This document shows positions 26,431 through 32,000 of a stretch of 32,000 nt of DNA, piece after piece (position 1 is the first letter of the stretch; each line of letters opens with the position of its first letter). The DNA is from Pseudomonas aeruginosa (GTDB taxonomy: Bacteria; Pseudomonadota; Gammaproteobacteria; Pseudomonadales; Pseudomonadaceae): NCBI RefSeq assembly GCF_001457615.1, contig NZ_LN831024.1, positions 2,250,001 through 2,282,000 on the forward strand, read 5' to 3'. The position numbers and the translations under genes were made by a program. Under the pieces are notes generated by a model, which did no database searches, was not told the DNA's origin, and was given only the letters and a program-made list of their open reading frames with translations.

Positions 26431-27860
26431 ATGACGCGTCTGTTGCTGCTTTCGCTTTGCCTGCTGGTGCTCGCACCCTTGCCGGCGGCTGCGCGCATCA
26501 CCGGCCAGCCGGACAACTGGCACAGGGAACAGCCGGAGACCCGCGACCTGGCGAGCATCCGCCGCGCTGGCGTGCTCAAGGTGCTGGTCAACCAGAGCCG
26601 CAACAGCTCGGGCGAGGTGAAGGGCGAGCCGATCGGCGTCGAGTACCGTCGCCTGCGCGCCTTCGAGCAATACCTCAACAGCCGTTCGCCGTCCGCGCGG
26701 AACCTCACCCTCAAGCTCATACCCAAGCCCAAGGACCAGTTGCTTGCCGCCCTGCAGCGTGGCGAAGGCGACCTGGTCGCCCCCGGCGAACTGCTGCCGG
26801 CGCACGACGGCCTGCAGGTCAGCCCGAGCGCGCCGGTGCGCGCCGATGTGCCGCTGGTGCTGGTGGCGCGCAAGGGCAACCGGCGCTACACGCGCCTGGA
26901 GCAGTTGTCCGGGCGGACCATCCCGCTGCCGGCCGGCAGCGCCGCCGAGAGCGCCATCGAACTGGTCAACCAGCGCCTGGCGCAACGCCGCATGGCACCG
27001 ATCCGGATCGAAAAGCTGGACGCTTCCCTGGCCGTCGAGGATGTGATGGAAATGGTCCAGGCAGGCATCCTCGGCTTCACCGTGGTCGAGCAGCCCATCG
27101 CCGAACGCTGGGCCAAGGTGCTGCCGAAGCTGCGCGTCGACCGCCACCTGGTGCTGGACAATCGCGCCGACATGGCCTGGTACGTGCGCCGCGATGCCAG
27201 CACCCTGCGCGCGACCATCGACCGCTTCCTCGCCGACTACCGCGCGCCGGCCGACCAGGACGTGGCTTTCCAGCGCGTCTACCGGCGCGCCTACAAGGTC
27301 CGCAACCCCCTCGGCGCGGCGGACCGCAAGCGCCTGGAAGCGGTCCGTCCACTGCTGCAGCGCTACGCGCGGCAGAGCAGCATGGACTGGCTGGCGCTGG
27401 CGGCGGTGGCCTACAAGGAGTCGCATCTGAACCCGAAGGCGCGCGGTTCCGGCGGCGCCAGCGGGCTGATGCAGATCACCCCGGCGGCGGCGCGCAGCGT
27501 CGGGGTCGGCAACGTGCACGACAAGGACAGCAACGTGCTGGCCGCCAGTCGCTACCTGACCAAGATCCGCAAGCAATTCTTCTCCAGCAAGCACCTCGAC
27601 GAACGCGAGCGCCTGGCGTTCACCCTGGCGGCCTACAACATGGGCCCGGAGCGGGTACAGAACCTGCGCACCCAGGCGCGTCGCCGGGGCTCGATCCGAA
27701 TCGCTGGTTCTTCCAGGTCGAGCGGGTGGCTGCGGAAGAGATAGGCATGGGTGTGGTGAGTTATGTCAGCAGCGTCAACAAGTACTACCTTGCATATGAG
27801 CGCGAACGGGTTCGCCTGGAGCCCGGGGTGCGTGCGAAGACGGCGACGGCTCAAAAATAA
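26431..27860 (+). pseudogene. MltF-like lytic murein transglycosylase (solute-binding-like domain plus SLT domain), interrupted by an apparent -1 frameshift near 27686-27692
   Basis: ATG 26431 with a signal/lipobox-like N-terminus MTRLLLLSLCLLVLAPLPAAA. The SLT core (…AYKESHLNPKARGSGGASGLMQITP…LAAYNMGPERVQNL…) is read in frame A, which stops at 27744 after the nonsense tail GSIRIAGSSRSSGWLRKR. The conserved SLT C-terminus (GLDPNRWFFQVERVAAEEIGMGVVSYVSSVNKYYLAYERE…) continues in frame B to the stop at 27860. The 1430-nt span becomes an intact 476-aa ORF if one base is added. Confidence 0.8.
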
Positions 27861-27866
27861 TCTATA

Positions 27867-27911
27867 AATTCGATATTGATAACGCGTTTTTTACGGTTTT
27901 AATATCGAATT
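27867..27911. repeat. AT-rich perfect 11-bp inverted repeat flanking an 8-bp palindrome, upstream of doxX
   Basis: AATTCGATATT (27867-27877) and AATATCGAATT (27901-27911) with a 23-nt spacer. The spacer contains the palindrome AACGCGTT (27881-27888) and a T6 run. The repeat sits in an AT-rich island of roughly 100 bp (27855-27955), very unlike the flanking GC-rich DNA. A possible -10 box TATAGT lies at 27920-27925. Confidence 0.55.
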
Positions 27912-27958
27912 ATCTTGCCTATAGTGTGCCCATCTTATCCCACACCTGAGGACGCACC

Positions 27959-28393
27959 ATGAATCCACTGATCAAGACCATCCTGTCGACCAACGCCGGT
28001 GCCGGCCTGGCCATCCTGCGTATCGTCACCGGTCTTACCCTGATGTCCCACGGTTCGCAAAAGCTCTTCGGCATGTTCGGCGGCGCCGGCCTGAACGGCA
28101 TGGCGCAGTGGTTCGAATCCATCGGCCTGACCCCTGGCTACCTGCTGGCGACCCTGGCCGGCAGCGCCGAGTTCTTCGGCGGCCTGGCGCTGGTGATCGG
28201 CCTGCTGGTGCGTCCGGCGTCGGTGGTGGTGGGCTTCACCATGATCGTGGCGATCTTCAGCGTGCACATCGGCAATGGCTTCTTCATCACCGACAACGGC
28301 TATGAATATGCCCTGACCCTGCTGATGATCAGCGTGGCGCTGCTGATCGATGGCGCCGGCAAGTTCTCGCTGGACGGCAAGCTGTCCCGCTGA
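27959..28393 (+). CDS. DoxX-family inner-membrane protein
   Basis: 144 aa with four predicted TM helices. LAILRIVTGLTLMSHGSQKLFGMFGG…AEFFGGLALVIGLL is typical of DoxX. A GAGGA SD lies six nt upstream of the ATG. Confidence 0.8.
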   Translation: MNPLIKTILSTNAGAGLAILRIVTGLTLMSHGSQKLFGMFGGAGLNGMAQWFESIGLTPGYLLATLAGSAEFFGGLALVIGLLVRPASVVVGFTMIVAIFSVHIGNGFFITDNGYEYALTLLMISVALLIDGAGKFSLDGKLSR

Positions 28394-28407
28394 ACCGGGC
28401 TGGCGAC

Positions 28408-28446
28408 GAAAAAGGGCGGACACCTTCGGGTGGCCGCCCTTTTTCG
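28408..28446. terminator. Rho-independent terminator, potentially bidirectional (doxX on +, lipH on -)
   Basis: gAAAAA-GGGCGGaCACC-ttcg-GGTGgCCGCCC-TTTTTc. A GC-rich 10-bp stem with one a/g mismatch carries a TTCG tetraloop. An A-run on the left and a T-run on the right flank it. Confidence 0.8.
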
Positions 28447-28559
28447 TTGCGGCGCGCAGCACAGGTTTCCGCCTCGCCGGCCACGCCAGGGCTGCACCCC
28501 TGAGGGTAGCGTTATCCGCCGAAGCGCCCTTCGCCGCGTTCTCGGCGTTTCCGTGCCGG

Positions 28560-30578
<2,019 letters not shown>

Positions 30579-30657
30579 TCAGGTTGATGGGGCCGAGGGG
30601 CGCGTCCTGCCAGCCATCGCCCGAATCCTTCCGGGAGAACCGCTTCGCTGTCCCTTG

Positions 30658-30673
30658 CGCAGGAACCGTGCCA
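30658..30673 (-). promoter_or_regulatory. Sigma54 (-24/-12) type promoter upstream of lipA
   Basis: The minus strand reads TGGCACggttcCTGCg (complement of 30658-30673). It matches TGGCAC-N5-TTGCW at the GG and GC dinucleotides with correct spacing, about 92 nt upstream of the lipA ATG. This agrees with the reported RpoN dependence of lipA. Confidence 0.7.
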
Positions 30674-30761
30674 GCTTCGGCTTTTTTCCTCCAGGCCAGG
30701 AAATCCGCGGCTTCCTGGCGGCCGGTCATAACCTGCGTGGCAGAGCGGAAGAGGCGGGTTG

Positions 30762-31310
30762 TTACGGCGCGAAACGCTCGTTTGAATCTTCCCCGCACAA
30801 CGCCCAGCGACCGAGTGTGCGGTAGCGCACGCCCGCGGCGTCGTTTTGCGAGCAAAACAGGCTGAAATGGTCGACCTGCCATACGAAGGTTGGGGGTGGC
30901 GGGGCGTCCTCCAGCGGCGCGGCATCGCGAGCCAGGGTCAGATGGGCGCTGAATGAGCGGGTTTCCACGGGCAGCTCCAGTTCGGCAAGGCCGGAGCGCA
31001 GGGCGCGGCGCAGGCGCAGGAGGGCGCCGGGCGGTTGGCTGGGGGCCAGCAGCAGGATGCCGTTTCTCCAGCGCAGCAGGCGGTCGAGATACAGGTCGAA
31101 GGGCGCGGCCTCGATGGCCGCGGCCATGTCCAGCAGGGCCTCGAGCCGAGCGGACGGGACCTGCCCGAGGAAGGCCAGGGTCAGGTGCAGGTTCGCCGTC
31201 GCCACCTGGCGTCCGGGCAGTGGCCGGTCATCGCGCCACCGGCCGATCCGCTCGGCGAGGGGAGGTGGGCAGGGCAGGGCGAAGAACAGGCGAAGAAAGC
31301 GATCGGGCAT
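30762..31310 (-). CDS. ligT: RNA 2',3'-cyclic phosphodiesterase / 2'-5' RNA ligase (2H phosphoesterase)
   Basis: ATG 31310 with GGAGG six nt upstream; 182 aa. Two H-x-T-x motifs (ANLHLTLAFLG and FSAHLTLAR) define the 2H family. Confidence 0.8.
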   Translation of the reverse strand: MPDRFLRLFFALPCPPPLAERIGRWRDDRPLPGRQVATANLHLTLAFLGQVPSARLEALLDMAAAIEAAPFDLYLDRLLRWRNGILLLAPSQPPGALLRLRRALRSGLAELELPVETRSFSAHLTLARDAAPLEDAPPPPTFVWQVDHFSLFCSQNDAAGVRYRTLGRWALCGEDSNERFAP

Positions 31311-31486
31311 GGGCGCCTCCGCGTGTTTCTTGACAGTCTCCATGCGGCTTTTCTAGGATGCGCGTGCGCCGATTTAAACAGCAACTTGCGGGGCGCCCGG
31401 CAGCAGCCGAAATACCGCTAAAGCGCTGGCTCGGTGTTGCCTCTCACCGCTGTCCAGCGGGACCGAAGAGGCGGAGACATGACGTC

Positions 31487-31804
31487 ATGACCTGTCCCAG
31501 CACGCAATTGCGCCTGGCACCCATCACCACCGGCCTGGTCCGGCGGAACCCGAGGATTCTCCTCAGCGGCCCGCACCAGCCGACCCTCGTCCGTTACCTC
31601 GAAGGCTGGCCGAAGCGCTGGAACGGTTCGCGTACCTTCCTTATCCAGTTCGCCCAGGACGGCAAGGACCTGGCGCGCTTCCCCAGCGACGCGTTCGACT
31701 TCGCCGTGGTCCAGGCCCCCGAGGCGGAAGACCTGGACCTGGTGGTCCGGCAACTGATCCGGGTCGCCCGCCAGGGCCTGATCACCCGCCGCATCCTGCG
31801 CTGA
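31487..31804 (+). CDS. Hypothetical protein (about 105 aa)
   Basis: ATG 31487 preceded by GGAGAC. The product is MTCPSTQLRLAPITTGLVRRNPRILLSGPHQPTLVRYLEGWPKRWNGSRTFLIQFAQDGKDLARF…. The codon pattern is coding-like, but I recognise no family. An alternative upstream start is at 31358. Confidence 0.45.
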   Translation: MTCPSTQLRLAPITTGLVRRNPRILLSGPHQPTLVRYLEGWPKRWNGSRTFLIQFAQDGKDLARFPSDAFDFAVVQAPEAEDLDLVVRQLIRVARQGLITRRILR

Positions 31805-31816
31805 GCGCGTGGCCTC

Positions 31817-32000
31817 TCAGGGCGCCGGCGGATACTCGATCTCGACGACGAACCAGAGCTTTTCCCCGGCCGGGGTGCGCACCAGCACCTCGGCGTCCAG
31901 CTCCTTGCCGACCAGTGCGCGGGCGAGCGGCGAGTCGATGCTGATCTGGTTGTTGCGCAGGTCCAGTTCGTCGGGGCCGACGATGCGATAGCGGGCCTGC
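31817..32000 (-). CDS. greB: GreA/GreB-family transcript cleavage factor, C-terminal part only (5' end outside the window)
   Basis: Hand translation of the minus strand gives …QARYRIVGPDELDLRNNQISIDSPLARALVGKELDAEVLVRTPAGEKLWFVVEIEYPPAP*. The motif ISIDSPLARAL plus the C-terminal beta-domain match GreB/GreA. The stop is the complement of 31817-31819. Confidence 0.8.
   Translation of the reverse strand, partial: QARYRIVGPDELDLRNNQISIDSPLARALVGKELDAEVLVRTPAGEKLWFVVEIEYPPAP

Noticed and set aside
31809-31991. A 60-aa + strand ORF at the right edge of the window.
   Set aside because: It is antisense to a clear GreA/GreB C-terminal domain (ISIDSPLARAL…), which reads through to the window edge on the minus strand.

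Overview
Visibly GC-rich Pseudomonas aeruginosa core chromosome. As I recall the PAO1 map, it is colinear with PA2891 to PA2859 in inverted orientation. I found no mobile element, CRISPR array, tRNA/rRNA or recognisable defence island, so this reads as an ordinary housekeeping/accessory-metabolism region, not a novel island.

Gene content, left to right:
- atuFEDCBA, the acyclic terpene (citronellol/geraniol) utilisation operon, on the minus strand (atuF truncated at the window edge), with divergent atuR and its two 13-bp operator repeats.
- A CPBP intramembrane protease and a DUF2897 mini-protein.
- A soluble CBS-domain histidine kinase with a tandem-REC response regulator.
- A PACE (AceI-like) efflux protein with a divergent LysR regulator.
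- A DUF924 protein with a second LysR regulator, then pyrF.
- A translationally coupled four-gene operon: MoxR ATPase, DUF58, transglutaminase TgpA, CHAD protein.
- An acyl-CoA thioesterase.
- A periplasmic molybdopterin-oxidoreductase-like protein followed by a PAS-GGDEF diguanylate cyclase.
- A small membrane protein, an MCP, tatD, an MltF-like lytic transglycosylase, doxX.
- The lipase operon lipA-lipH with a sigma54-type promoter, then ligT, a small hypothetical and the 3' end of greB.

Points worth a second look:
- lipH and the MltF-like gene each carry an apparent single-base (-1) frameshift. These are either real pseudogenes or assembly indels.
- The MoxR-DUF58-TgpA-CHAD module is the least understood multi-gene system in the window.
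- Several AT-rich or perfect inverted repeats lie in intergenic regions.

Many long ORFs in the supplied track are antisense or run-through artefacts typical of high-GC DNA.
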